A DNA stretch of 49,154 bases from the NCBI GenBank assembly GCA_003230545.1, contig QIFB01000002.1, positions 1 to 49,154 on the forward strand, in the 5' to 3' direction. The translations under genes and the position numbers were made by a program. A model generated the notes under the pieces. The model saw only the letters and a program-made list of their open reading frames with translations, was not told the DNA's origin and ran no database searches. Every line of letters starts with the position of its first letter. Position 1 is the stretch's first letter. Of the stretch, positions 29,318-42,609 are shown one piece after another. Source of the DNA: Gammaproteobacteria bacterium. Its GTDB lineage: Bacteria > Pseudomonadota > Gammaproteobacteria > UBA9214.

Positions 29318-32300
29318 CTACTCGAAAATCTCAAAGACACCGGGTTCCTGTGATTCCGTAACCGGAGTCTCATGCGGCCCGATGTCGACCTCGGTATATA
29401 CCGGGTCGGCCCACGGCCCGGTTACCGTGTATTGCTTGTGTGCGAACTTCGTGTATTTTTCCAGTTCATCCCCAAGCAGATATTCTGCCACCAGCAGCGC
29501 CGCGCCCACAATCGGGCCACCGGCAATGACGCCGGCAATCGGCAGGCTGGAACCGACATGCGGTACCACGGTCACCAGTTCGTCATAGTCCTCATCTTCA
29601 AGGCCGATGCGCCCGGAAATTTCGATGCGCGCGGCCGGCCCCTCGATCACCAGGTCGCTGGTAAAGGCATCGCCGTCATTCAGGACAAAGTTGCCCTCGA
29701 TGCGGTCGAATGTGTAGCCTTTCTTGTACAGGTCATCAAAATCCAGCGACAGACGGCGCGGCAGCGTGTGCAGGCTGACCAGGCCGAACACGCGCCCGGC
29801 ACCCGGCTTGATGTTGAGTAGCTGGCCGTCCTGAATAAGGAGGTACAGCTTGCCGTCGACCACGGCCGGGCGAAGCGCCCACGGTGCACCCGGCCAGCTG
29901 GCGCGCAACGATCCCTGAATATCACCACCGGACACATCTTCCTGGTAGTTGAACTCCCTGAACAGGATCTCCAGCTTGCCATCGGTCACCTCGATATCGA
30001 ACTGCGAGACCTGCCGCCCGGATTCGGCACGCCAGTTACCGCTCGCATCCAGTGACAACATGTCCGATTTGACAGCAAAGCGGCTGACCTGCACCACGCC
30101 CGGCGCCGTGCTTGCCTGCAGCTGCACCTTGCCGAGCTTCATCCCCTCGTATTTGAGCAACTTGATCGCTATGTCGAGTTCCGGGAAGTCGTTCGGGTCA
30201 GCGGCAGTGGCTGTATCAGTGGCATCTGCCTGCCGCCTCAGCTTGAGCAGCTTGAGGTCGGCGGCAACCCGTTCGATGCCCCTGGTACCGCGCTCCAGCC
30301 GGACCTTGCCCTTAACGGTGGGTCCGCCGAGGATGAAGTTCTGTACCGTACCGGTTTCCACGGCAATCAGCGAAACATCCTTTAGGACGTGCTGCAGGAG
30401 TTCCAGCGTACCAATTTCCAGGTCGAGCCTGACCGGTGGCCCGGCAGCCCCGTCGAACCGCGCAAACACCGGCTGCCATTCCGCCAGGGAAAAGCGTTCC
30501 AGCCGGCCACCGACGAACAGCTCCCGGGATCCCGGCATGGCTACCGGTCGCAAGCCGGTCATGATATTGCCCTGCTGCAGTGCCATACCCTGCTCCCCGC
30601 CACCAATCCCGAGACTGAAACCGCAATACGTGCTCCGGGTGTACGATCTGCTCAACAGTTACCGACAGGGGGCGAGTGTCGGCTGCGGCCTTGCCGAACG
30701 GCGCCGGCAGATCAATGGCCATACCTTCAAGACTGGAGGTGAGCTCGAGAGTGATATCCGGTGTTTCCTTGCGGCCCTGCAGCCGCGCGATACGAAGCTG
30801 CACGTCCCAGTCACTGTTGCCGTGCAGAATGCGTCGAGCGCCGGCTGTTCGTCTGCCACAATTGAAACGATGTCGAGCGGTCCCCTGATGCTGATATTGG
30901 TAACCGCATCCTGTGGCTCGGTCCGGACACTGACCTTGACCGGTGCGCCCAGCATGCGGGCCTGCAGATCCTTGCCGGAAATGCCGTCTGAATCGAATGC
31001 AAGCTTCCCCCTGATGCGATCTAACTCGATTCCGCTGGCATTCACCTTCAGTCCACTGCCCTCCAGATGGATGATTCCCTTGATGCGGACTTCACGACCC
31101 TTACCGTGCAGCGGGACGAACACGTCCAGATCAAGTTTCGTCTTCCCGGTCCCGGTTACCCGGTCGACAAAACCGCCATAGAGTTCACCGAGCGGGCTGC
31201 TGCCAAGTTCCGCCAGCATCACCGGCAAGTCGCCCGTCACGGTACCCTTCAGCAGCAGGTCCGGTTTGGCCAGGTCCTTGATCCTGGCGTTTACCTGCGC
31301 CAGCGACGCCGTGCGGATATTCCCCTGACGACTGACGACATCCATCGACCGGCCGGTAATATTGACCTGCGCGGCCAGTCCCCGGATCGGTGTCCAGTCC
31401 GGGTTGAAATCCAGTACGGCACGGGTCACCGGCAAGCGCACTTCCAGCTGTCCCTCGCCGTTGTCGAAGGGCAACTTGTCCAGCGGCCCCTTCAGCACCA
31501 CGCTGCCGTCACGGATATCGCCACTGACCAGGCTGCGGTCCAGCCAAGCCACCCCCGTCGCCGGCATGACCCGGGCGGGCAAATAATGCCTGAGGCGGCC
31601 GAGCTGGCCGCGGTGCATTTCAAGCTGCAGATCAACCACCGGGGTTGCGCCATCTTCCGGAATTCCCAGGTCAAGCTCGCCGGTGAGCGCGAGGTCCGCG
31701 TTCTCAACATGCAATGCATTCCCGGTTATGGCGAGGTCTCCATCCTGCCACTGCCAGCCGATTTCACCGCTGACCGCGTCGAACTGCAGCTCGTCACGAA
31801 ATACACCGGCATCGGAAAAGCCGGCATGCCGGGTATTCAGCCAGATCGCCCCGGTATCCCGGGTTCCGGTCACACTGCCGCGCAGTCCGCTAAACCCCGG
31901 GCCATCCGCCGGACGAATCCCCAGGTCCCGGAAGGTCATATCAAATTCCTGCACTTCGCTGCGGTCCCCGGTGCGCCTGACATCGATGTAGAATTTTTCT
32001 ATCAATCCTTCCGGCTGCAGCCGGGCGATGCGGTGACGCTGCGCTTCCGGAATTCCGGGGGCTGTCCTGACCACTGATAGCAGGTCCTCCAGATACAACC
32101 CGGTAAATTCGCCGGAATAGTACGCATCCCCCTGGTGGCTGCGCTGTGCAATCGAGACACCTGCCGCCTCGCGCACGTCCGCGCCCTGCTCCACGACCAG
32201 GTGCTGTGCCGTGAATTGCCAGCCACTCGGCCGCTTGCGCCAGCCGAAGCGGCCACTGAAGCGGTCAATTGCGTAATCGGTACCGGCATCCTCGCCCTGC

Positions 32301-33136
32301 TGATGCAGTTGCAGCGCCGTGATCTCCAGCTCACCCCGCACCTGCTTGAGCTGTCCTGCACCCAGGTTTACCCAGCAACGCAGGTCAGCGGTTCCACTGA
32401 CATTGGTGTCGGCAGCGATAGAACGCAGGTTTTCCTCGCTGATCAACAGTGAGTGACCCTTGAGATAAACGCGGCCACCCCATTGTTCGGGCGGGCCCTC
32501 TGTTTCATGAATTTCCGCAGTAACATCGACACGGTGACCAAGCTGCGGAGGCAACATGACATAACCGGTCAGCAGTGGATGTTCGCCGGTATTGTCCAGA
32601 GTCAATGTTACATCGGTGAAACGCACCGGGTAGCGTTCCGCATGCCAGTCTTCATACGTGATAACGGAGTCGTGAATAGACAACCGGTCGATGTTGAACA
32701 GGTCGGCAAGCGATCTCTCATCCCCGGAATCCTGCGTCATTCTGCTGATATGGAAGTTACCGTCAGGATCCCGGATCACCGTAACATCGGCACCAATTAC
32801 GTCGATGCTTTCCAGTGACAGGCGGCGTTCCTGCAGGAAATTCATTGCGTCGATGCGGATCCAGATCTCACTGATGGAAAGTCCCGCTACCGGCTGCCCG
32901 GGTTCGGTGATAGCAACATCCAGGAGCCTGAGTACCGGGGTCAGTCCACGCCAGGCCCCCTCGATACGACCGATGGTGACGGTCTTGCGCAATACATCAG
33001 TGGCGAGTTCCTCGAGATCGGCACGGTAGTCGACCAGTGACGGCACCCACAGACGTCCGATCGCAATAACCACGGCCGCCAGGAACAATGCGGCAACGGT
33101 CAGCAGCCAGAAAAAATGAAGAATACGTGCCAGCAT
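29318..33136 (-). pseudogene. yhdP: YhdP/AsmA2-family (DUF3971, TIGR02099-like) large inner-membrane protein, interrupted as sequenced
   Basis: An N-terminal TM helix is followed by about 1270 codons in the conserved rng-yhdP-(nit)-tldD position. It is split into ORFs 30659-33136 and 29318-30655, which share one phase and are separated by TAA 30659-30661. The intervening ~190 nt is protein-like only in another phase (ORF 30312-30803). Confidence 0.75.
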
Positions 33137-33178
33137 GGTTGTCGTGTTTCCAGATGCGTGAAAAACCAGGCAGCCGGT

Positions 33179-34648
33179 CTACACGGGCACCACGTCATAT
33201 TGTTCCTGTGTGAACAGCGACTCCACCTGGAACTTGATGGGTTTGCCGATAAACGCCTCGAGTTCCGCGAGACTGGCCGACTCCTCGTCGAGCAGCAAAT
33301 CGACCACCTCCTGGGAGGCCAGCACCAGCAGCTGCTGCGCATCAAACTGGCGCGATTCGCGCAGGATTTCACGGAAAATCTCGTAACAGGCGGTTTCCGG
33401 CGTTTTCAGTGATGCCCGGCCACTACAGGTTGGACAGACCTCGCACAGCACATGTTCCAGGCTTTCACGGTTGCGCTTGCGCGTCATCTCGACCAGACCC
33501 AGCATGGAAACCTCGCTGATATGGGTCTTTGCGTGGTCTCTTTCCAGGTACTTTTCCAGCGCGCGCAGCACCTGGCGCTTGTGCTCTTCCTGGGTCATGT
33601 CGATAAAATCCGCAATAATAATGCCACCCAGATTGCGCAGCCGCAGCTGACGTGCAATCGCCTGCGCCGCTTCCAGGTTGGTCTTGAATATGGTTTCCTC
33701 GAGCGTGCGATGGCCGACGTAACCACCGGTATTCACATCGACCGTGGTCATCGCCTCGGTCTGGTCTATGATCAGGTAACCACCCGATTTCAGTTGCACC
33801 TTTTTGCCCAGCGCCTTCTGGATTTCATCCTCGACACCATACAGATCAAAAATCGGACGCTCCCCCGGGTAGTACTCGATCTGCACCGGCAGGTCCGGCA
33901 TGAACTGGCCGGTAAACTCCAGCACCCGCTGGTAACTCTCGCGCGAATCGATGCGTATCTTTTCGATCTGGTCGTCAATCAGGTCGCGCATTACGCGAAT
34001 ACTGAGCGGCAGGTCTTCATAGATGACCGAACCCCGTTCAGTCTGCGCCATGCGATCATTGATGGATGTCCACAGCTTGCGCAGGAACAGCATATCGGCA
34101 CGCAGAGCCTCGGCACTCGCACCTTCCGCCGCGGTGCGTGCAATGTATCCACCCTCGTCCTGTTCCATCATGAACAGCTGGATGATGTCGCGCAGCCGGA
34201 TGCGCTCGTTTTCATCCTCGATCTTTTGCGAGATACCGACGTTGTCGACCTTCGGGATGAACACCAGGAAGCGTGACGGGATGGTGATCTGTGTGGTCAG
34301 GCGGGCACCCTTGGTCCCGAGGGGGTCCTTGATGACCTGCACAATGACTTCCTGTCCCTCACGCAACAACTCACTGATACTGCCGTCATTGGTACTGTCG
34401 GCAGACTCGCTGCCGTTATTGCGTGGCAGGATATCGGATGCATGCAGGAAGGCGGCCCGCTCCAGACCGATCTCCACGAACGCGGCCTGCATACCAGGCA
34501 GCACCCGGCACACCTTGCCCTTGTAGATATTTCCGACCAGACCCCGGCGACGTGCCCGCTCGATCATGACTTCCTGCAATACCCCGTTTTCCACCAGCGC
34601 CACGCGCGTTTCCCTCGGGGTTACATTGATCAGAATCTCTTCACTCAT
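33179..34648 (-). CDS. rng: Ribonuclease G
   Basis: 489 aa with an N-terminal S1 domain (GNIYKGKVCRVLPGMQAAFVEIG) and an RNase E/G catalytic core. Lies downstream of maf. Confidence 0.92.
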   Translation of the reverse strand: MSEEILINVTPRETRVALVENGVLQEVMIERARRRGLVGNIYKGKVCRVLPGMQAAFVEIGLERAAFLHASDILPRNNGSESADSTNDGSISELLREGQEVIVQVIKDPLGTKGARLTTQITIPSRFLVFIPKVDNVGISQKIEDENERIRLRDIIQLFMMEQDEGGYIARTAAEGASAEALRADMLFLRKLWTSINDRMAQTERGSVIYEDLPLSIRVMRDLIDDQIEKIRIDSRESYQRVLEFTGQFMPDLPVQIEYYPGERPIFDLYGVEDEIQKALGKKVQLKSGGYLIIDQTEAMTTVDVNTGGYVGHRTLEETIFKTNLEAAQAIARQLRLRNLGGIIIADFIDMTQEEHKRQVLRALEKYLERDHAKTHISEVSMLGLVEMTRKRNRESLEHVLCEVCPTCSGRASLKTPETACYEIFREILRESRQFDAQQLLVLASQEVVDLLLDEESASLAELEAFIGKPIKFQVESLFTQEQYDVVPV

Positions 34649-34726
34649 AGTGCGTTCCCTGACAGTGTGCGGCCGGGCGTGAATGCCGGTCGAGCTAGTA
34701 TGCCATACCGGCCAACTATCAATAAG

Positions 34727-35323
34727 TTACAATAAATTAATTTTAAATTCCCTGAACAACAGCGTGGTCTCGTAAAGCGGCAGCCCCATGACCCCCGAGT
34801 AACTGCCTTCCAGCCACTCGACAAACTGTGCTGCCCGGCCCTGGATGGCATATGCGCCCGCCTTGTCGCGTGGCTCACCGGTGTTCCAGTATGCCTGACA
34901 TTCTGCCGCAGTTAACGTGCGAAATTTCACGTTGCTGGTACATACGTGTACGGCCGTATGTCCACCGGCAAGTGCAACCGCGCTGACCACCTGGTGGACG
35001 CACCCGGACAGGCTCAGCAGCATGGCAACTGCATCGTCCCGGTCACGCGGCTTGCCCATCACCCTGTCTGCGGCAACTACCGTGGTATCCGCGCCCAGTA
35101 CCGGGCAGGAATCACCGGCATCCAGCAGGGACTTGCCGGCGCGCGCCTTTGCCAGTGCCAGGCGGGTGACATAATCTGCCGGGGATTCACCGGTCAGGTG
35201 CTGCTCGTCCACCTCGACCTGCAACACACTAAAGGTGACACCGATCTGCTCAAGCAGCTCCGCGCGCCGCGGCGAGGCGGAAGCGAGGTAGATGTCCGGT
35301 CCTGAAATCATGTTATTCGGCAT
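34727..35323 (-). CDS. maf: Maf-like nucleoside-triphosphate pyrophosphatase
   Basis: Has the LASASPRRAELL motif and GAYAIQG. Start taken at ATG 35323 (or 35311). The longer ORF start at 35470 would run into rlmH. Confidence 0.85.
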   Translation of the reverse strand: MPNNMISGPDIYLASASPRRAELLEQIGVTFSVLQVEVDEQHLTGESPADYVTRLALAKARAGKSLLDAGDSCPVLGADTTVVAADRVMGKPRDRDDAVAMLLSLSGCVHQVVSAVALAGGHTAVHVCTSNVKFRTLTAAECQAYWNTGEPRDKAGAYAIQGRAAQFVEWLEGSYSGVMGLPLYETTLLFREFKINLL

Positions 35324-35371
35324 CCGCAGGGCGCAATGAATGAAATGACGCGCCGCATCAATATAATACCC

Positions 35372-35397
35372 GGTGCAATACGCTGCGCTATTGCACC
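35372..35397. repeat. REP-like palindrome (GGTGCAATA-CGCTGCGC-TATTGCACC)
   Basis: A 9-bp stem with the same CGCTGCGC loop as the unit at 3082-3111. Lies in the rlmH-maf spacer. Confidence 0.45.
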
Positions 35398-35408
35398 CTG
35401 CATGGAGA

Positions 35409-35879
35409 TCATGCGCGGTGATAGGGATGACCGGAGAGGATGCTCCAGGCACGGTAGAGCTGCTCGGCAACCACTACGCGCACCAGCGCGTGTGGCAGGG
35501 TATGTGCCGACAGCGACCAGTGCAGGTCGGCCCGTTGCAGACACTCCTCCGACAGGCCGTCCGCACCGCCGACCAGCAGGGCCACTTCGCGGCCGTCCTG
35601 CAGCCAGCCCTGCAGCCGGGTCGCCAGGGTCTCCGTGTCCCAGGGTTTGCCGTTCACTGCAAGGGCAACAACGGTTGCCCGCGGCGGCAACGCAGCAAGC
35701 AGCTGCCGGCCTTCCTCGGCCTGGATGCGTTTGGTATTCAGGGTCTTGCGGCGCTTGCAGGGGGCGATCTCGACCAGTTTCAGGGAACACTCGCGCGGCA
35801 GCCGGTTGGCGTACTCACGATAACCTTCCGTGACCCAGGCCGGCATCCGGGTGCCGACCGCGACCAGGTGAATCAGCAC
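35409..35879 (-). CDS. rlmH: 23S rRNA (pseudouridine1915-N3)-methyltransferase RlmH
   Basis: About 156 aa SPOUT protein (LIHLVAVGTRMPAWV..., C-terminal GHPYHR). GTG start at 35879 or 35894. Confidence 0.9.
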   Translation of the reverse strand: MLIHLVAVGTRMPAWVTEGYREYANRLPRECSLKLVEIAPCKRRKTLNTKRIQAEEGRQLLAALPPRATVVALAVNGKPWDTETLATRLQGWLQDGREVALLVGGADGLSEECLQRADLHWSLSAHTLPHALVRVVVAEQLYRAWSILSGHPYHRA

Positions 35880-35913
35880 GGCTGTGGCCAGCACTTCACT
35901 GTGGAACGGTCAT

Positions 35914-36291
35914 TCAGGACCCGGTCCGGGGCTCACTACCGACCGACCAGAGTTTCTCCAGCGCATAGAACTCGCGGACCCCGGGTATCATGACATGCAC
36001 GACCACATCGCCCAGGTCAACCAGCACCCATTCCGCTACCTGCTCGCCTTCCACCCCCAGCGCCCGGAACCCGGCCTCCCTGGTCCTGCGGGTCACGCTG
36101 TCCGCCAGCGATTTCACATGACGGGTCGAGGTACCGCTGGCGATCACCATGTAATCGGTAATGGAAGTGAGCCCCCGGACATCCAGTATTCTGATATCAA
36201 CAGCCTTGAGGTCCTCCAGGGCTTCGATAACCAGCTCCAGCAGCCGGTCTTCCTGCGCATTCGCCACGGTCTCTGTCGTTTCAGGCTTCAT
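35914..36291 (-). CDS. rsfS: Ribosomal silencing factor RsfS
   Basis: About 125 aa with [28 protein letters not shown], typical of RsfS/YbeB. Its ATG at 36291 overlaps the nadD TGA by 1 nt. Confidence 0.9.
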   Translation of the reverse strand: MKPETTETVANAQEDRLLELVIEALEDLKAVDIRILDVRGLTSITDYMVIASGTSTRHVKSLADSVTRRTREAGFRALGVEGEQVAEWVLVDLGDVVVHVMIPGVREFYALEKLWSVGSEPRTGS

Positions 36292-36929
36292 CAATCACTC
36301 CCGGCCTGGTACAGGCCCTCGTACCGGATGATCTCCAGTACCGTTTCCGGTACCAGGAATCCGGCATTCTCGCCCTTTGACAGCAAGGCGCGTATCCGGG
36401 TGCCGGAAATTTCCAGTTGGGTTACGTCGTGGAACAGGATGCGACCGGCTGCATGGCTTTCCAGTTCTGCAGGATCCACGACCCGGTGCAGGCCGATAAA
36501 ATCTTCCAGCTCGCCCGCAGCACGCACTTCACTGCCGGGCCGGGTCATGACGACCATGTGACACAGGTCGATCAGCTCGTGCCAGCGGTGCCATGTCGGC
36601 AACCCGTGAAACGTATCCATCCCGATCAGCAGGTACAGGCCTCTGGAGCCCAGCTCATCGCGCAGCGAGGTCAGCGTATCGAACATCCACGACGGTCCGT
36701 CGCGTTCCAGTTCGCGCCGGTCGATACTGAATTCCGGATAATTGCGAACGGCTGCCTCCAGCATTGCAACCCGTTGTGCCGCATCTGCAAGCGGAGGCGG
36801 GCGATGCGGGGGAATATGACACGGGAGCAGTCGCACTTCCTCCAGTCCCAGCGCCTGCTGGATGTCGAGTGCCGGCCGCAGGTGACCGAAGTGCACCGGG
36901 TCAAAGGTTCCGCCGAGGATGCCTAGCAT
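36291..36929 (-). CDS. nadD: Nicotinate-nucleotide adenylyltransferase
   Basis: 212 aa with the [11 protein letters not shown] nucleotidyltransferase motif. Confidence 0.9.
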   Translation of the reverse strand: MLGILGGTFDPVHFGHLRPALDIQQALGLEEVRLLPCHIPPHRPPPLADAAQRVAMLEAAVRNYPEFSIDRRELERDGPSWMFDTLTSLRDELGSRGLYLLIGMDTFHGLPTWHRWHELIDLCHMVVMTRPGSEVRAAGELEDFIGLHRVVDPAELESHAAGRILFHDVTQLEISGTRIRALLSKGENAGFLVPETVLEIIRYEGLYQAGSD

Positions 36930-36949
36930 TGAACCGGACCCTGGTTGAT

Positions 36950-38233
36950 TCAGGTGCGAATATGGCCGTCACCCAGGACGATGTATTTCAGTGTCGTCAA
37001 TCCTTCCAGGCCGACCGGGCCACGCACGTGCAGCTTGTCGGTACTGATGCCGATCTCGGCACCGAGTCCGTACTCGAAGCCGTCTGCGAAGCGGCTGGAG
37101 GCATTCACCATCACCGAGCTGGAATCAACCTCGCGTAAAAAGCGCTGCGCGCGCGGCAGCGATTCGGTAATGATGGCATCGGTATGGTCGGAACCGTAGC
37201 GGTCGATGTGTTCGATCGCCGCATCCAGGTCGTCGACGACACGCACTGCCAGTACCGGTGCCAGATATTCCTCCGACCAGTCTGCATCGGTTGCCGCCTT
37301 GATGTCCGGCAGGATCCGGCGGGTCGCTTCACAACCGCGCAGCTCGACACCGGCCTCGCGGTAGCGTGCACCGAGTTCCGGCAGCACCCGGTCGGCGATG
37401 CCGGCTGCGACCAGCAGGGTCTCCATGGTGTTGCAGGTGCCGTAACGCTGTGTCTTTGCATTGACGGACACCGTGACCGCCTTGTCGATATCGGCCAGGT
37501 CATCAATATAGGTATGGCACACGCCGTGCAGGTGCTTGATGACCGGGACCCGGGACTCCCTGCTGATGCGTTCAATCAGGCCCTTGCCGCCACGCGGCAC
37601 AATCACATCAACATAATCCCCCATGCGCACCAGCTCACCGACCGCCGCGCGATCGGTGGTCTCGATGACCTGGACCACATCAGCCGGCAAGCCGGCACTG
37701 GCCAGACCCTCGTGGATACACGCGGCGATGGCCTGGTTGGAATGGATGGCTTCCGAACCGCCGCGCAGAATGGCGGCATTACCCGATTTCAGGCACAGGC
37801 CGGCGGCATCGGCGGTCACGTTGGGCCGTGATTCATAAATAATCCCGATCACGCCCAGCGGCACGCGCATGCGCCCGACCTGGATACCCGAGGGGCGGAA
37901 GTTCATTTCGGAAATACTGCCAACCGGGTCCGGCAGCAGCGCGATTTCGCGCAGCCCCTCTGCCATGGCGGCAATACGCGCGGTGTTCAGTTCCAGCCGG
38001 TCCAGCAGTGCTGCATCGAGACCGTGCTGACGGCCGGCTGCGAGGTCTTTTCCGTTTTCTGTCGCCAGCCGGTCGGCCGCTGCCTCGATGGCCGCGGCAA
38101 TGGCATGCAACGCTGCATCTTTCATCCCCGACTCGGCACGGCTGATCTGTTTCGCGGCGGCGCGCGCGCGCCGGCCTACCGCCTGCATGTGGGCAGGTAC
38201 ATCAACAGTCACCGCTTCAGCCTTTGCACTCAT
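36950..38233 (-). CDS. proA: Gamma-glutamyl phosphate reductase
   Basis: 427 aa of the aldehyde-dehydrogenase superfamily, ProA-like throughout ([13 protein letters not shown], catalytic Cys in [12 protein letters not shown]). Confidence 0.92.
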   Translation of the reverse strand: MSAKAEAVTVDVPAHMQAVGRRARAAAKQISRAESGMKDAALHAIAAAIEAAADRLATENGKDLAAGRQHGLDAALLDRLELNTARIAAMAEGLREIALLPDPVGSISEMNFRPSGIQVGRMRVPLGVIGIIYESRPNVTADAAGLCLKSGNAAILRGGSEAIHSNQAIAACIHEGLASAGLPADVVQVIETTDRAAVGELVRMGDYVDVIVPRGGKGLIERISRESRVPVIKHLHGVCHTYIDDLADIDKAVTVSVNAKTQRYGTCNTMETLLVAAGIADRVLPELGARYREAGVELRGCEATRRILPDIKAATDADWSEEYLAPVLAVRVVDDLDAAIEHIDRYGSDHTDAIITESLPRAQRFLREVDSSSVMVNASSRFADGFEYGLGAEIGISTDKLHVRGPVGLEGLTTLKYIVLGDGHIRT

Positions 38234-38245
38234 GGTTTTTGATGG

Positions 38246-39286
38246 TCACATGGATTCAGCCAGGGCCGGCGGTTGCAGTGCAGTTACACCGGCCAGTTGC
38301 AGGGTCAAGTGTAACAGTTCGTCCCAGTCGCTGCCTGCTGCCCGCCCCTTGATTACCCTGTCAACCGTGGCACATTGATGCAACAGGTCATGGCAATCAC
38401 GGCGTTTGAGGCGCTTCAATGCAACGGTAAACTGTGACTTGCGCTTGGCCCATATCCGAAACCGGGACAGCACGGCAGTAATGCGGTCACCGCCGGCAAC
38501 ACTATCCGCCATCTGTACCAGTTGCCGGATGTCCTTCGCCAGCGCCCACAGCACCACCGGCGCCGCGACCCCTTCAGCACGCAGCCCGTTCAGGATGCGT
38601 ACGCTGCGAACCCCCTCCCCGGCCAGCGCGCTGTCGGCGAGGCCGTACACGTCAAAGCGGGCACTGTCGACTACTGCCTGGTCAATGTCATCGACATCGA
38701 CCGGCCCGGCGCCCCGGAGCAGGTACAGCTTTTCGATTTCCTGCACACCGGCCAGTAAATTCCCCTCGATACGCTCCGCCAGCCGAGCCACGGCAGTGTC
38801 CGTGGCTTGCAGGCCACGTTGCTGCATGCGCCTGCGCACCCACACCAGCAACTCGTTCGAATCCGGCGGCCAGACGAACACCACGACACCGGCACTGTCG
38901 AGCGCCTGCACCCACTTGCTCTTGCGCGCCGCAGACTCCAGTTTACCGGCCGTCACCAGCAACAGGGTGTCCTCCGGCAACTGTTCGGCAAAATCCCGCA
39001 AGGCCTGCGCACCTTCCTTGCCAGGCCGCCCGGTGGGTATGCGCAGGTCGATGATGCGCCGCTCGGAAAACAACGAGAGATTGCCGCCGGCCGACGCCAG
39101 CGCACCCCAGTCGAAGCCGGGCTGGGCAGTCAGTACATCACGCTCTGCAAACCCCTGCTGCCGTGCCTGCGAGCGCACGGCATCGGCGGCCTCCGTGACG
39201 CGCAGGGGTTCATCCCCGCTGATGAAATACACCGCTGCAAGTGACTTCTGTAACTGCTTTTCCAGTTGTTCCGGTTTTAACTGCAT
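38246..39286 (-). CDS. holA: DNA polymerase III delta subunit
   Basis: 346 aa. MQLKPEQLEKQLQKSLAAVYFISGDEPL is a HolA-like N-terminus. Sits in the lptE-holA-nadD order. Confidence 0.85.
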   Translation of the reverse strand: MQLKPEQLEKQLQKSLAAVYFISGDEPLRVTEAADAVRSQARQQGFAERDVLTAQPGFDWGALASAGGNLSLFSERRIIDLRIPTGRPGKEGAQALRDFAEQLPEDTLLLVTAGKLESAARKSKWVQALDSAGVVVFVWPPDSNELLVWVRRRMQQRGLQATDTAVARLAERIEGNLLAGVQEIEKLYLLRGAGPVDVDDIDQAVVDSARFDVYGLADSALAGEGVRSVRILNGLRAEGVAAPVVLWALAKDIRQLVQMADSVAGGDRITAVLSRFRIWAKRKSQFTVALKRLKRRDCHDLLHQCATVDRVIKGRAAGSDWDELLHLTLQLAGVTALQPPALAESM

Positions 39287-39319
39287 TTAATAACCAGCCC
39301 TGTTCACCTGAAAAAATCT

Positions 39320-39407
39320 GTAGCCCGGATGCAGCGTTGCGGAATCCGGGGCTTAAATTGAGACAAGTCCCCCGGGTTCCGGCCCTCCGGGCCTGCACCC
39401 GGGCTAC
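39320..39407. repeat. REP inverted pair of the GTAGCCCGGAT family
   Basis: GTAGCCCGGATGCAGCGTTGCGGAATCCGGGGC (39320-39352) and inverted CCCGGGTTCCGGCCCTCCGGGCCTGCACCCGGGCTAC (39371-39407). Lies in the lptE-holA spacer. Confidence 0.75.
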
Positions 39408-39417
39408 GGTTGCTGCA

Positions 39418-39915
39418 TTACCTGCTTGCCGCCGCAATCCGCAGCATCGCCATGTTCACGATATCGCGCTGCAACTCGGTGCTGATCAGGTCGGCCTCGC
39501 GCTCCTTGGCGAGAATATCATCCTTGTTGAATACGAAATCCCGGCTGAGCGTAACGGTCTGCTTCTCGACCAGTGGCTGGTTATCGGGTGTAACGACGTC
39601 GAAGCGGATGGTCTGGCGGATCAGGATTTCCTGTACCTTGCCGCCGATATCCACCGTGAGCACGTCCTTTTCGTCCCGGTTGCCGAGAATTCGCAGGATG
39701 GCGGTCGCCTCGTCCCGGGTCTCTGTGACGCGTGCACCACGACCCTCCAGCGCATCGCGAAAATCATCATTCAGGGTATCGAACGGTTTTTTCACCTGGA
39801 TGTAGGTGACCGCCATGGCCTCCGGCAGGTCGCTGTCACCGCGCAGGTGGAATCCGCAGGCAGTGAGCACAGCAATTACCAGCACCAGAATTTGTATTCT
39901 TACGACGCTTCGCAC
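39418..39915 (-). CDS. lptE: LPS-assembly lipoprotein LptE
   Basis: 165 aa with lipobox VLTAC followed by GFHLRG, the typical LptE mature N-terminus. Lies downstream of leuS. Confidence 0.8.
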   Translation of the reverse strand: MRSVVRIQILVLVIAVLTACGFHLRGDSDLPEAMAVTYIQVKKPFDTLNDDFRDALEGRGARVTETRDEATAILRILGNRDEKDVLTVDIGGKVQEILIRQTIRFDVVTPDNQPLVEKQTVTLSRDFVFNKDDILAKEREADLISTELQRDIVNMAMLRIAAASR

Positions 39916-39931
39916 GGTGTATCCGAAGTCT

Positions 39932-40021
39932 CGTCATTGCGTGCGCAGCAAAGCAATCTCATAACCCTGCACCCGGCAATGATCGGGAGATTGCTTCGTC
40001 ACTTTGTTCCTCGCAATGACG
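39932..40021. repeat. Inverted pair of CGTCATTGCG...GCAATCTC palindromic units
   Basis: CGTCATTGCGTGCGCAGCAAAGCAATCTC (39932-39960) and inverted GAGATTGCTTCGTCACTTTGTTCCTCGCAATGACG (39987-40021). Lies in the leuS-lptE spacer. Confidence 0.6.
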
Positions 40022-40034
40022 GCTTGTATCTGAC

Positions 40035-42500
<2,466 letters not shown>

Positions 42501-42609
42501 TCAGTCAGGCGAATCAGGGGCGGAAGAATACCCCAGCCCAAGGGGAACTTCACCTTGGGCCGGGATTGGTCCACACTTGGACAGTACCGGTTCATACAGG
42601 ATGCCCGAA

